DNA of 63,782 nucleotides, filler included, from Cercozoa sp. M6MM (GCA_040357565.1; 16 parts of 16 records of this genome joined end to end with filler, not necessarily neighbours in it), one strand, 5' to 3'; numbered from the whole stretch's first letter, positions 1 through 13,441 are shown. The notes: generated from the sequence alone by a model not told the origin. Translations and numbers: made by a program.

Positions 1-180
1 GGGGGGTAAACAGGGGGTAAACAGGGGGGGTAAACAGGGGGGTAAACAGGGAGGTAAATAGGGGGGGGTAAACAGGGGGTAAACAGGGGGGTAAACAGGG
101 GGGTAAACAGGGGGGTAAACAGGGGGTAAACAGGGGGGGTAAACAGGGGGGTAAACAGGGGGGTAAACAGGGGGGTAAAC
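1..180 (-). repeat. Intronic minisatellite (GGGGGTAAACA)n on +, i.e. (TGTTTACCCCC)n on the sense strand of the minus-strand gene
   Basis: Tandem 11-13 bp units. On the minus strand the exon ...CGCCCGATGAG runs straight into GTTTACCCCC, so the repeat supplies the GT donor. Confidence 0.9.
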
Positions 181-3100
181 CTCATCGGGCGACACAAAAC
201 ATCGAGCATGGCGTGCAGCACCGACATCACATTCGACGCACTTTTGCAGTGCCGCGCAATCTCCAGATACTGCGGCAGCAGGGTCCTACACGAGCCAAAA
301 CAATCCTACACGAGCCGGTCTGTCCTAGCAACGCCCCCTTAACTAGATACATTTCCTGCGTCGAAGCGAAAGCGAGAACGAAAGCGTTCGAAATCGTCGC
401 GAAAAGCTTCGTCCCACTGTTCAAACAAAGACACTGACTGTGTGAACAAGCTTGTCCAAGTGTGTCCAAGGTACTGCACATCAAAGAAGCGGCGCATCAG
501 GTACTGCGCCAGTTGCGGCGCCGTTCTTAACGTCCTACTCGACAACAAAAAACTCACAAAGCGACGAAGCGAAACAAAGCGAAACAAAAGCGACGAAGCG
601 AAACAAAAGCGAAACAAAAGCGACGAAGCGAAGCAAAAGCGAAACCAAGCGAAACAAAGCGAAACAAAGCGAAATACTCTGCGAAAACGTGCGCCAATTC
701 GATTCGGTCCTCCTCGTCTGTCCAAGAGCACTCATTCAGCACGGTAGCAACAAAGCTTTGACTCAAAAGCAACGCGTACCGAACTCGGTGCTGCAAAAGA
801 CGTCGAGTTTGTGCCGCACTTCTTCGTCGAACTCGGCGTGTTCCGGTCCGTGGTTCTGAAGCAACTCAACTCAAAGCAACTCAACTCAAAGCAACTCAAC
901 TCAAAGCAACTCAACTCAAAGCAACTCAACTCAAAGCAACCTCAACCTCGCAACTCGAAGCTACCTCCAAGGCATGCGCCAACGCGAGGAAGGACGACAC
1001 GAACTTCCGGTCGAGTGGCGTTTTGCGCGTATCCTGCAGCATCCCATCCCACACTTCAAAAGCAAAGCAAAGCAAAAGCAAAGCAAAGCAAAGCAAAGCT
1101 TTCGTACCAAATACAAAAAGAAGCACGCGAAGAAAGCATGAGCGAAAATTCGGCGCGTTTCGTCGTTTTTCTGCAGGATTTTTCGCTTTCTTTCGCAGCA
1201 AGTTTTCATTTTCGAAAGCAGAGCAAAAGAACCGTTTGGAAGAAACGCGCGCGCAGACCGCGCCAGCAGAGACGGAAGATGTCGTTACTGCTCTCTTCGG
1301 CGGCGTCGTCGGAGCGAGTGCTGTGAAGGGAGGAGGCCACACTCGGCGCGACAGGCTGCAACGACGCGAACTGCGTCGAAGTGCGGCACACACGATGCGC
1401 CGACAGCAGACTCTTGTGCAACGTCTCCCTGCACACACAGCTTCTCTCACCAGCTCGCTTCTTCAGAGGCTTCGCTTACTCATCCTCCGAGTGGTCACTC
1501 AACGCGAACGCGCAGGCTAGCAACGCTTTCCACACGTTTTCGAAGACGTCTTGCTTCTGCTCAAGCACAAAGCTGCTCAAAGCTCTAAAGCTCTCAAAGC
1601 TCTCAAAGCTTTCAAAGCTTTCAAAGCTTTTTTCAAGTCAAAGCTCTTTGTTCGAGGTGAAGCTATTGCGAGTACGTGCATCGCGTCAATCACGCGAACG
1701 AACTTGGCCAGAATTCGCGTCGTTGCCTGCAAAATTAAATGCGAATCTACACTCAAAAATAACGAAATTTCGAAAAATGAAAGCTACAGCAACGTCGATT
1801 TTGGACCGAGCACTCCGCAGCAGCGCACCGGCCATTCTCCTCAGCTGGATCACTGTCAGCACATATACACACATTCCAACAACTCAGAATACATCAAAAT
1901 AGACTACCTTGGAACGTGGACAGGTACTCCACTTCGCACAGCGGCTCAAGTGCATTCTGCATGCATCCGCGCGGATACCAGAAAATACGAAAAATAAAAA
2001 CCACAAAACTACAGGATCCGAGGCGACGTTGGCACAGATCGTGCGAACAAAGGTTTCCTTCTGCTCCCTGCCTCACACACGCACCGATAAAAAAACGGCA
2101 ACTTTGGTAAACAAGCAGCAGAGAAAGGTGAATTTGAAAAAGTGGAAAAGCGAAGCAAAACTCAACTTGAGAGCGAAAGAGGCGAAAAACTTTGCCGCGA
2201 AACGCGCGCCGTTCGCTTTGTGCTTCTGCAAAAAGGAAAATGCGATGGCGAAATCCACGTGTGAGTTCTGGTGGGCAGAGTGAAAGCTACGGCATCTACG
2301 TGGCCCCACTGGTCACGTGCGAGATCATTCAGCAGCACTGCGATGCCAGTGATGAGTCGCTCGTCACCGTCGCGATCACCGTCGACACCGTCGGGATCAG
2401 CGACACTCAGCACTTCGAGATCAGTGCTGGAAACCGTGTCGATCACGTGATGACACAGCACGTCCATCAGCACGTGCCCAGTTGTCGTGCTGACTTGGTG
2501 CGTCACTCCGCCCGCACGCGTCGCCACGAACTGCGTCTCTCCGCGCGGATGCCTCAGCGCTGCAAAGTCTGTGCAAAGCGCCGCCAGCGCTTGCGCCAAC
2601 TCGCTCTTTTCCTGCAAAGCGGCACTCGAAGGCAAAGCTCGACTCGAAATCAAAAGCGAAGCGACTCGAAAGCAAAGCGCTGTGACGAGCGAAGCGAAAC
2701 CCGAAAACGAAGCAACTCGAAACATCAAAGCGAAACGTGAAAACGAAGCGAAATTCGAAAGCAAAGCGAAAGCGAAAACAAAGCGAAGCGAAACAAAAAG
2801 CGAAAGTGAAAACAAAGCGAAAAGCGAAAGAGCGAAGCGTACCGCGAAGGCGCGCGTGACGAGAGTGCGCACCAGTGCGCGAAACAACGCGACAAACGAC
2901 GCGAAAATGTTGCCACTGCCACTGTCTGCTTAAAGAGAAGAGATACAATAAAAGAGCTCCCGCGCGGACAGGGCCGAAAAAACCAGAAAACAAACCGTTG
3001 TAGTCGTTGCTGTTGAAGGTGTCCAAAATGAGATTCATGCACAGTCGAATCGACGTACTCGTCCAGATCTCCGGGTCTGCAACAACGCCAAGACATGTTT

Positions 3101-3514
3101 TTAAAAAAAAAGACAAAGACACGTCCGCGCGGAAGGCACAAAATACAGGAATTCGCGAGCAGTAGTGTTTGTGCGATTTTCACGGCGTGCTTTTGCGAGT
3201 CCAGCACTCTGCGGACAAGTTACACCGATCTCAGGATAACAGATAACGGGGGGGGTAACGGGGATAAAAAGGGGGTAAAGGCAAGAAACGCACCGACAGG
3301 CACCGACGAGTTTTTTTACGTCTTCGTTGTCGAGCGAGCGCAGAGCGACCTGCCACGTGAGTAAAATGGGTAGGGGTAAGGGGGGGTCAGCTGAAGACGC
3401 ACCAGCTGCTGCACGGCCGTGAGAGCGCTGTCAAAAACCTGCGCCGCTTTCTTCTGGTTCCGCGCGGACGAGGCCGACAACTGCATCGTGCGAATCACTG
3501 TGCCAACAAACATC

Positions 3515-3553
<39 letters not shown>

Positions 3554-3601
3554 ACAACAAAAACAACAACAAAAACAACAACAACAAAACAACAAAAACA
3601 A

Positions 3602-3644
<43 letters not shown>

Positions 3645-3995
3645 AAAAACAACAAAAACAACAATAACGAACCTGGCCGCACGAGCGCCGGCGACTTCAG
3701 CGCGCCCATCACTCGTTGCGTTTCTTCCTCACTGCGACGAAAAACGGCAAAAATAGCAACAACAACAACAAACAACAAAACACACGAGGTGGCCGACTCG
3801 AGCACGGCACGTAGCAGCTCGCGAGCACCGTCGAACTCTGGGAGTAACTCGCACAGTTCCGGGATCTATAAAAGAAATATCGACGGGGAAGGGGGGGTAA
3901 AACGGAGCAACCTTGCTGCGATTCGTGACGGCCACGAGGTTCTCCACGAGTTCTTGCATGCGCTCGGCGTGCAGTCGAGCCACGGCGCCGCTCAT
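181..3995 (-). CDS. Multi-exon helical-repeat protein, possibly MON2/Sec7-N (DCB)-like; 3'-partial
   Basis: Manual GT-AG splicing gives MSGAVARLHAERMQELVENLVAVTNRSK-IPELCELLPEF...AVQQL-VALRSLDNEDVKKLVGACRVLDSQKHAVKIAQTLLLANS..., weakly like the MON2/BIG N-terminus. The gene is well supported; the family is not. Confidence 0.35.
859..940. repeat. 15-bp tandem repeat (AAGCAACTCAACTCA)x5, intronic
   Basis: Seen directly; it creates the spurious KQLNS and CFELS ORFs. Confidence 0.9.
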
Positions 3996-4670
3996 GTCGT
4001 CACTCCACCGACCAAGAGAACAGAATGATTGCACACACCTGGCTCTCTTTCTGGCCTCTTAACGGGTTGGCACGCAGCTAATAGTGCCACACACACTGAT
4101 GCACACACACAGCGACGTGAAAGCCGATGTTTCGACACGACGTGGCTTTTTTGCTGTTTTTTCGATCGTCGTTTCTTCGGTACTATAGAGGCTAAATCGA
4201 AGATCGAATCCTCAAGTTTCACTTCAAAGCTAACTTAGTGTCCCACACATTCCATGAAAACCGGAAGCAGCCTACTTTGTCATAAATAACATATCGGCTC
4301 CGGCTCAAAAACTATGGCCGGCTCAGCTTTTGGAAAGACCTCAAGGCGATCACTATCTCGAGAAACGTGTCGTGCTAAGACTGAAGACGCTAAAACGAGT
4401 CAATTGCGTGCGTTGCTTTATTTTGACCCCAGGCCCTGGTTCTTTTATCTTTGGCCCGTAGTTTCTTAATCTTGTGTTTTTTTAATCTTTTTGCGTCGCT
4501 GCGTTTGGTCGCTTTAACGTGTTTCGCGGGTTTTGGTGCGTCCGGTGGTGTTGTTTGGTCTTGGTTTGGCGATTGAAGGCGTTGATTTTTTGCGTTTTTC
4601 CGCGTCAGCGTTTTTGTTTATTTTTGTGATTTCCTGGTTCGTATTTTACACGTGAGTGCAGTTTGACTGC

Positions 4671-4865
4671 ATGGACAAGTCCGTGGAAGATGAGGGCAGC
4701 AAGTCGCTGCCACTGAACAGCATGTCACCTATGGTGTGTTTCATTTACCCCCTCTCACCCCCTTAACCCCCCCCCCTTGAAGATGGCGGTACCTGCCGCC
4801 CCTCCGACGTTGATGTCGAGTGTCGCCATGCCACCGCCTTCCGTGCAGCCGCCGACGTTGCCGAC
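4671..4865 (+). CDS. 5' exons of a proline-rich hypothetical protein (partial)
   Basis: MDKSVEDEGSKSLPLNSMSPM, a C-rich intron, MAVPAAPPTLMSSVAMPPPSVQPPTLP, then a C-rich intron to the contig end. Confidence 0.5.
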
Positions 4866-4947
4866 GTGTACCTATACCCCCTATTTACCCCCCTATTTAC
4901 CCCCCTATTTACCCCCCTATTTACCCCCCTATTTACCCCCTGTTTAC

Positions 4948-5047
4948 NNNNNNNNNNNNNNNNNNNNNNNNNNNNNNNNNNNNNNNNNNNNTTAATTAAT
5001 TAANNNNNNNNNNNNNNNNNNNNNNNNNNNNNNNNNNNNNNNNNNNN
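4948..5047. other. Artificial contig linker N44-TTAATTAATTAA-N44 (first of 15; others start at 9700, 15886, 17736, 20500, 24357, 28339, 31655, 36045, 38286, 39648, 44250, 56857, 60874, 62414)
   Basis: Identical 100-nt spacer with stop codons in all six frames. Confidence 0.98.
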
Positions 5048-5058
5048 TGTGTGTGTGC

Positions 5059-5206
<148 letters not shown>

Positions 5207-6110
5207 CCTTGCTTCAGATTTTCCACCGTCTTTTCCATAGTTCGCAGTTGACGCACAGCTCGCCGCAGGTGCTCACTTTCTTCGTGTCGAGCCGGCGGCC
5301 GTATCGCAGGAGCTTACCACGAGCGCCAATCCAAACAAAAGCTCACAGATGTTAGTAAACCGAAAACTACCTGGTGCAGGAGGGACTGGGCGAAACCGAG
5401 TTGTGCTCTCAGCTACAATTCTGTTTGGAGGTGTCCGGTACGGTGAGTCGTTTTCCTGCGAACAAATTACAACTGAAGTTGAAATGACTCTTCAGCCGGG
5501 CTAATAAAGCGCGTGTATTAATAAACTTATATTTGTAAACCGACTTTGTTGCTTCCATTGTGGGTCATCGAGTGCAATGAAATATGCACTGCATTGTGTC
5601 GCGCTTGCACGTTTGCACTTCGAGCAGGTGGAGGCGGAGTACCTACATGATGACCGTCGGGATGTAACCCCCGAACGAGTAAGCAGCAAGATCGACAGAT
5701 ACCCGTGTACTCCAAGGCAGAGATTGAACGAAATGGGAGCTTGCTGATCATCTGGGACTCGTCGGTATCTTGTTTGGTTGTGGTCTCTAATGTTTCAAAC
5801 TGAACGTTTGGCACCGCCTAGTTAGTATGCTTAGCAGCCCAGCGGACACCACAATCCGACATCGACATAAGCGTTTCTCGTCTGCGTCTGGTCTTTGGTC
5901 GGCGGGCCGTCACTCCAAGCTAGCAGTCACAGTCCTGACTCTGCAGTCAAGGAAGGACATATCGGACTGCAAGTTAAAACGACCCGACACCGCACTCCTG
6001 ATTGGAAAAACATTGGGTAAGCGAAACGAAAAGCGCCATTCCTTGAACGACGTGACGGGATGAACGGAACGTAAGGTAAAAAACACATCAAGTCCAACGC
6101 AAGTCAAAAT

Positions 6111-6831
6111 TCACTGCTCCTTCTTCTTGCCGGACTTTGCCGCTTTCGATTTCTTGGCCTTGCCGGAGTTCGCTTTGCCAGCTGAGCTGGCAGCTTTGTT
6201 GTTTTTGTGCGACGACTTCTTGTTTGACCTGTTCTTAGGTTTGGACTTCTTCTTGCTGGCGCTGCTGGCGTCGCTGGACTTGCCCTTGAACATCTTCTTC
6301 ATTGCAGACTTATTGGGCTTCTTGAGAGTCTTTGACGGCTACAAGAGACCAGGCATACTAAGCAGCATTAAAGGCGGACAAGGCAGCATATACCTTGTTT
6401 TTCTTTGCCTTCTTCTGCATGGGCTGTACCTCCTTGCGTGCCCGTACTTGCGGTCGCTTGCTTCTGAGCAGGAAGAAAGATGTTAATTGCGTGTGTATTG
6501 GAGGACGAGTCAGGCTACCCCAGGTTGGGCGGCGAGACCTGCATCGTGAGCACGTCCTGCGGCAAGTGGCGGAAACGCGTGCGCCTCATCGAACGTAACT
6601 GCTCCTCCTCGTCCTACCAGACAAGGCACACAGACAAGGCACATAGAGACATCCATACAACATCAAACAGCGTCTAGCGCAGGCTACGAAGGGATCGCCC
6701 GCACTGGTACGTTTCCGGTGGCAGTGCCGGTGGTCGGCAAGCAGCGAGTCTACACGCAGAATACGCGACAGCAACGTGGGTGCATCGGACTCGCCGGCAG
6801 CAGCCTCTGTCTCCTCTGAGTCCAAGCATAC

Positions 6832-6906
<75 letters not shown>

Positions 6907-6925
6907 CACACACACGCCACACACG

Positions 6926-6956
<31 letters not shown>

Positions 6957-7446
6957 TACTGGCTTCACCGTCTGTCTTGCTGAGGATAGGGTCACGAACC
7001 GGTCGCACCAACTGGTAGTACGCGTGCTGGAAGGCCTGCGTGTACCAGTCGTACAATCGGTGGCCAGGCACAGCACAACAGCAGGACAAACCAGAACAGA
7101 AGCTACCTCGCGAACGCGCATGATGGCGAAGGAGTTGCGGCCAATGTCGCGCGTCTGCTCCAGCGGATTAGTGATCGACAGCAGCCAGGGTCGCTGCGAA
7201 TCAAGGGTATAGACATGCGAGAAACACAGACACACAGACCCAGAAGTATGGCAGGTACGGCCGGGTCGATGAAGTTCTGGCGTGCTTTTTCGTAGAAGGA
7301 CACTTCTCGCGACACACGATTCGATGATCGAATACCTGTATCGAATAAAGGGCAGATCGTGAGAGACACTAACACTGGGGCATACCGAGAGTGCAGTAGT
7401 TGAACTCGATGCCAAACACACGCAAGAACTGCAGCAGCCACGAGCC

Positions 7447-7486
<40 letters not shown>

Positions 7487-8256
7487 ATGTGTATAAGTAA
7501 ATACATGTATAGCTATGAAGGCACCAAGGAAAGGTCATAGTCGACTGAAGTCGCAATGCGCGCATTGGCACGCACAGGTCCTGTTATACATACACACATG
7601 CGATGTCACAAACACACTGAAATACCCACCGTTTTGGATAGACGCCATGGCGAGCAGCTGCAGCAGGAAACTGCCAACGCCGCCTTGGAAGGTCTCAGCC
7701 AGACTGCTCAACAGAAAATGCAGACACACACACACGCACACACACGCATATGCACAAAGGGCAGTACCCTCTACAGGCGAGTAGGTGCTTGAGCAGCAGC
7801 ACGAGCGGCCGCAGTTGCGAGAAGTGCTGCATGAAGTCGCATACCATGCGCGAGGATTCGAGTCCTACCCAAATCGCACTCATGGGTACCATGCCCAGAT
7901 TTAGTGCCGGTACGCGGCCTACCTCCATCAACACCAAAGCAGACGTCCACGTGGACTCCGTTGCCTAAGCCTAAGACACAAAGGCTGCACTGCAAGGAAG
8001 AACTTCTCGACATGCAGGCATACCAGTCGAGTGGTCACTGTTGCTCATGTGCTCGTCAAAGTCCTGGCACGCGCGGCCGTCGACGTACTTGATGAGCGGA
8101 ATGCGTGCTGACGGCACCTACGAACAGTGCACTCATGTATGCCAGCAGCAGTCCTCCTGAATAAGTACCGTTTCAAGGTGCGCACAAAAGCCGCCACTCT
8201 GCAGTGCCTGCGACAGCTGCTCCAGCGCGTTTTCCGGCGCACCCATCACCACTGTC

Positions 8257-8311
<55 letters not shown>

Positions 8312-8998
8312 ACGGTTGTTAGATACTCCGGGATAGCTTCAAAACGCACCAGTGTCGACGTCAGAGGCAGGCAGGTACAGACCAGTGGAGAAACTACCGA
8401 AGGAAAACACCTACACAATGCACAAGTAGAGCATAAAATAGCATACTGACAACACACAAAACGTCAAAATACCGAAGCCTCAGGCCACAGCGACTTGACG
8501 ATTGACTCCTGCGTTGTACGAGTTTTCAAGTAAGTAAGAAGAGGGGGTACTCAACGGACCAGGCGATCGAAAGCAGCCTGTCTCGCAGCCGCCTCGCGCT
8601 CGCTCGGCTCCACAAAAGCAGCAAAATCCAGGATCTGACCAGACCAAAAAACAATCACGTGCATCAAAACCCAGGAGGCAACAGAGCAGAAAAATCACCT
8701 CCTCGTGCAATCTCTCACAAAGATTCGCCGACTGGTAGACTCGACGCGCCCAGGGTGCACGCGAGCGCTCTTTTTTTGCTACAGCAGGATAAAACAGTAA
8801 ACCACCACCACAGCTGATTCAGTACTAAGAAAACGCACACGTAGTCTCTTCATCATCAGACGGAATCCCGGCAATGAAAGCCTCGCCCGCGGCAAACTCG
8901 TCATTATTTTCTTGTTTTTCGTGTGCCTCCGTGGGGATATCATTCTCCTCCACGGCGTGGGCGTCCTGAGACGCCTTTTCCGTGTCCGAGCCTACCAT
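6111..8998 (-). CDS. TRF4: Non-canonical poly(A) polymerase, TRF4/PAPD5 (TENT4) family, multi-exon, Lys-rich C-tail
   Basis: Spliced exons give ERLHEE, FGSFSTGLYLPASDVD (GS/DxD nucleotidyltransferase motif), IPLIKYVD, VHVDVCF, LRPLVLLLKHLL, ETFQGGVGSFLL, LLQFLRVFGIEFNY and LSITNPLEQTRDIGRNSF, collinear with Trf4/PAPD5. Confidence 0.88.
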
Positions 8999-9219
8999 AA
9001 ACGAGTTCACACAGCGTCACACACGCCACCGCGACCGACAAAACTCAGAGGCCAGCCCAGGCAAAAAAAACTAAGGCAGCGGTTGGCCAGAGATGTGGGG
9101 TGGGCATCACGCTCTACACGAGTGTTCAGGAGTGTTTAAATTCCTGTGTGGTTGCGTGGGTGTTAGTTATAGCGCCCAAACTAGCAGCTACGCGCAACTC
9201 TCTGCAGCGAGAACAAATA

Positions 9220-9598
9220 ATGGCGACGACACCGGCTCCAGAGGACAGGCCTGCCGCTGAGGACAGTTCTACTCCAGTGGACGAAGCACATGCCGAGCCA
9301 GAGTCTCTGTCGGCGTCGCCGTCGGACGCGACGCCACCGGCAGACGAGGACGGCGTGAGCGAGGACTCGGAGCACAAGGCGAGCGCACGCGCTGCCAGCA
9401 GCAGTTACGGTGTGTCTGTGCTCTACGTTACCCCTTGCCGTCCCCGTCTTTACCCCCTTATTTCCTCTTCTACCTTCTTTGCAACTTTTACTTATTTGTC
9501 CCACTTTTACCTCCCACAGACAACGAAACACTATCGTCGCCGGCGTCGGAATCGTGCGATCGCGGCGACTTTCGCGACGCCTTTCTCGCACTGCTCAA
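9220..9598 (+). CDS. 5' exons of a hypothetical protein with an acidic low-complexity N-terminus (partial)
   Basis: MATTPAPEDRPAAED...SSSY, intron, NETLSSPASESCDRGDFRDAFLALLK, then a C-rich intron. Confidence 0.55.
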
Positions 9599-9825
9599 GT
9601 GCGTTTCTTGCATCTTACCCCCCCCCCCAGTTTGCCCCCCCCCCATTACCCCATTTATCCCCGTTTGCCCCCGTTACCCATTTGCCCCCGTTACCCCCAN
9701 NNNNNNNNNNNNNNNNNNNNNNNNNNNNNNNNNNNNNNNNNNNTTAATTAATTAANNNNNNNNNNNNNNNNNNNNNNNNNNNNNNNNNNNNNNNNNNNNT
9801 CCCCCCCCCCCCCATAGCAAGAGTA

Positions 9826-11163
9826 CGAAAGACTCGCATATCGCGGTGTTCCGATCAGACGACGATCGGCACGAGGCTGCTGGGACATGGGAGTCAAGAA
9901 GAATGGGGACAGGGGTAAGGGAGGGGTAACATTCACCTCGAACGCAACGTGGCTTCCGTCAGAGTTTCGGAATTCCGTGCACAGACCGAAATCAATCAAA
10001 ACTGTCAATTGAACGATAGTTTGAAAGATAACACGGTGCACAATACGGGATACAATTGAGGTTAAGGCGGTAAATACGGGGTAGGTAGGATAGTGGGGAA
10101 AATTAGAGTTGAGAATTGAACGAAGGGGTGTGGGGGAGGGGGGTAGAGAAACAGAAAGTTACAAATTCGCTGCGAATCCTTCTTTTCAAGTCCGCTCAAA
10201 AAATTCGCCGGTTTCACATCGCGGTGCAGCAAACCTCGTCTGAAATTTTAAGAGTCAGTTGGGTAGAGGTGACACAAGGTCACAATATGGAAGAACTAAA
10301 GGGTCAAAGGGTTTTAATTCACCGACACAAGTCAAAAATCTCCAAAACTCGCCAAGATTCTCCAAAAATTATCGATATTTTTCTGAAAAAAACAACTGCA
10401 ACAAAGGCACAAAACGCACAAGTGCAGCGCCCACAGCAGTTCAACGCATCTGTAGCCAATGTGTGCGACCACCTGCGGCACCATCTTCTTCACATCCTGC
10501 CCAATCCGACAAACGCACTTCAAATTTAAAAAAAAAAACTGACTGGAACAAACTGCGAATTACAATCGCCTGCAGCGAAGGGCCCAGCAGCTCTAAAACG
10601 ATGAAATTTCGGCCATGAAATTCGCCTTTGCCGTAACAACGAGGAAGGCGCAGTTCTGGACCTTGCTTGCCTGGACACAGTTCACACGTCAACAAAAGAA
10701 AAAACGGAAAACAATCAAAAGCACAAGCAAGCTCATGAACCAAGCAAGCAACGCAACTATTTTCCAATGGCTTCTGCAGCCTTTGGTAGATCTTGTATTC
10801 GCGGTCCAACTGTCGATTCGCGCTATCGTCTTTCTTGGTCTGACCCGGCTTGGGCTTGGCGAGTTTGGCCACTTTTATGGCATAGCGCCGCACAGAATAA
10901 CGGTTTGGTCTGTCCGGATCAACAAGTCGCGCGACCCACGTTTCTCCATAGGTGCCCTTGCCCAGGAACTAATCGAAAAAACGATCAATCGCTCGGGGAG
11001 ATACCGAAAACACAACACACACCTCAAACAGTCGGTATTTCGCCGGTGGCTTCGAATCATCTTGCAGAATCGCGTCTGCACACAATGCACGGTCCCAAAA
11101 GCATAGCAAACACACAGCTTGTAAGGTCGAAGTACGCCCTTTCAACTCAACATCAGAGTCCAT
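9826..11163 (-). CDS. Casein kinase 1-group Ser/Thr kinase (3'-partial)
   Basis: Motifs LGKGTYG, YAIKV, IVLELLGPSL, HRDVKPANFL, LIDFGL and IGTPRYAS, which are CK1-group signatures. Confidence 0.88.
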
Positions 11164-11432
11164 ATTTTGTATTTTGGCGGCTACTCCCAGATAACAGTCT
11201 GACGTAGCACTGGTGGCTGTGCACTCGGCAGACACCTGTGCACTGCTGTGCAGTCAATAAGGAACCAAAAAAACGGAGCGCCGCCACAGAATAAAACCAA
11301 TCGCTAGTTCGTGTTTTCGCGTGCTGGCTGCTCATTGGCAGGTACACAGTGTGATTTACGCACCAGTATGAGCGAAAAGGTGGAAGAGGTCGCGGATGAC
11401 CCAAGTCATAGCCAGCAATCAAAAGTAGCGCG

Positions 11433-11775
11433 ATGGTTGGCATTCCCGCGCACTTGAGGACACATGTGTTGCTTTTGCTTTAGTCGGTCACGTCGGTTCT
11501 GGCGCCTGTGTTGGCGTCGGTGCTCGCCCCGGACTCGCTCGTAGCGGTATAACGTGTTCTGCATACCCGGATAAACAATAATACAAATTAACATCACAGG
11601 AGGACACTCTTGAGACGTCGCCGCGCGTGCAGAAACTGACAAAAGCAGTGCGCGAGAATACGAAACTGCTGCAGGAGGGCGACTTGATTTTGGTGCAGAC
11701 GCCTGGACGCCTGTACCGACTGGTATCTACCAGTCTGTACACATTTATGTATTATTATTTATACATATATATATT

Positions 11776-11807
<32 letters not shown>

Positions 11808-13441
11808 ATGTATATAGATATAGATGTGTTATTGTATATTAATGTACGACCCCTAGGCACGAAGACTTGTGCGAACCAAGTTCGACCATGTAGCAGTTGT
11901 TGGTGTGTTTCTCCAGTGTGATTGTTTTCTTCTTAAGGGTGCGACATGTGTGTGCAGTCAACGAGCATTCGTGTCTGCACATTGGACCAGCACGAACGAG
12001 ACTACTGCCTGGTAGGGGAGTAGAAAGGGGTGGGTAGGGGAGTAAAGGGGGGGGGGGTAAAACCGGCCTGTATGTGCAGTGGCTTTGTTCGTGGACCCCA
12101 AGAGAAAACCGCACGTGCTGCGACCGCAACTCAGTGACACGCAGCGCCAGCACTTTGTTGAGGTACCTCGAGGGTAGGGGTGCGAAGGGTAGGGGTAAAA
12201 ATCGAGACTCCTCTGTACAGGCATGTCGGCAACTAGAGGGACAGCCGTACGACACGCTACGATTGTGGAGGTACCTTGTTTATACCCCCTTACCCCTGAC
12301 CCCCCCCCCCCCTGTCTGCAGTGTCGTAGCACGACTAACGTTGCGAACGCTCGGCGTGAGACCTCCTCCTTTGGTATGTGGCTTTCCTCCTTTATCCTCT
12401 TACCTCTTTACCCCCCNNNNNNNNNNNNNNNNNNNNNNNNNNNNNNNNNNNNNNNNNNNNNNNNNNNNNNNNNNNNNNNNNNNNNNNNNNNNNNNNNNNN
12501 NNNNNNNNNNNNNNNNCCCCCCCCCCCTACCCCTCCTGTTTACACCCCTCTTACCCCCCGTTTACATCCCTCCTTTACCCCCGACAGAAAGCGATTCTCA
12601 CGCTCGGACTCGACTACACGAAACTCAACGCTGCCTCTGTAGTTTACCCCCCTCCCCCGAGTTGCCCCTACCCCCTACCCCTTTAACCACCAGGCAAACG
12701 ACTTCGTGACGCTGCTGGAGGCGAGGCCGGATTTGTTGAAAGCGATCGAGTTGCCGCTCAAGTCGCTGCCGGCCGAGGTGCGAGAGGTACCTCCCTCCCT
12801 GTTTACCTAACTGTTTACCTCCCTGTTTACTTCCCTATTTACTTCTCTGTTTATCTCCCTGTTTACTTCTCTATTTACTTCCCTATTTACTTCCCTATCT
12901 ACCTCCCTATCTACCTCCCTATTTACTTCCCTATTTACTTCCCTATTTACTTCCCTATTTACTTCCCTATTACTTCTATATTTATCTCCCTATTTACTTC
13001 TCTATTCACTTCCCTATTTATCCCCTGTTTACCCTCCCCCTCTGCCAGGCAATCGGTGTGAACTCGCCGCGACTGAGTGTGTTTTTCGGGTCGCACGCGC
13101 GTCTGTTGAACTACGTGCGCACGCACTTCTCCAAGCACGCACCTGCTCCGTGTACACCCCCCATATACCTCCTTGTTTAACCGGCCATTACCCCTCTTTA
13201 CCCCCCCCCCCCCCCAGTGAGGGAAGCAGCGCAGTCCGTAGCGCGAGTGTATTCGAAACTGCCGCTGCGCGAACGCGTCGTCGCTGAGTTGTTGCTGCTG
13301 CTGCTGTACACGAGGTTAGTCCTACCTCCCCCTTACCCCCCCCCCCCTGCGTAAGTGAGCTGCTCTTGTAGACTGATGCGTAAGCGTCGACGTCTGACGA
13401 AACTCGCGCTGGCTGGTGTTGTAGGTGCCGCCATGCTGTGA
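11433..13441 (+). CDS. Permuted papain-like amidase (YiiX/YebB, NlpC/P60 clan) with hydrophobic C-terminus
   Basis: Spliced LQEGDLILVQTPG...RTKFDH...CLHIGP...VLRP...LEGQPYD. The catalytic Cys is not seen and may lie in the N gap 12417-12516. The start codon is uncertain. Confidence 0.6.

Noticed and set aside
1-180. Possible telomere (also 19371-19492, 31616-31654, 35985-36044)
   Set aside because: The units are irregular, and each lies next to a splice site of a gene that continues, so they are intronic. The contig ends reflect assembly breaks.
4992-5003. Recurrent TTAATTAATTAA palindrome
   Set aside because: Always centred in a 100-nt N spacer; it is an artificial six-frame-stop contig linker.
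6111-6302. Histone H1-like Lys-rich ORF
   Set aside because: It is better explained as the last exon of the TRF4-like gene; no globular H1 domain is present.
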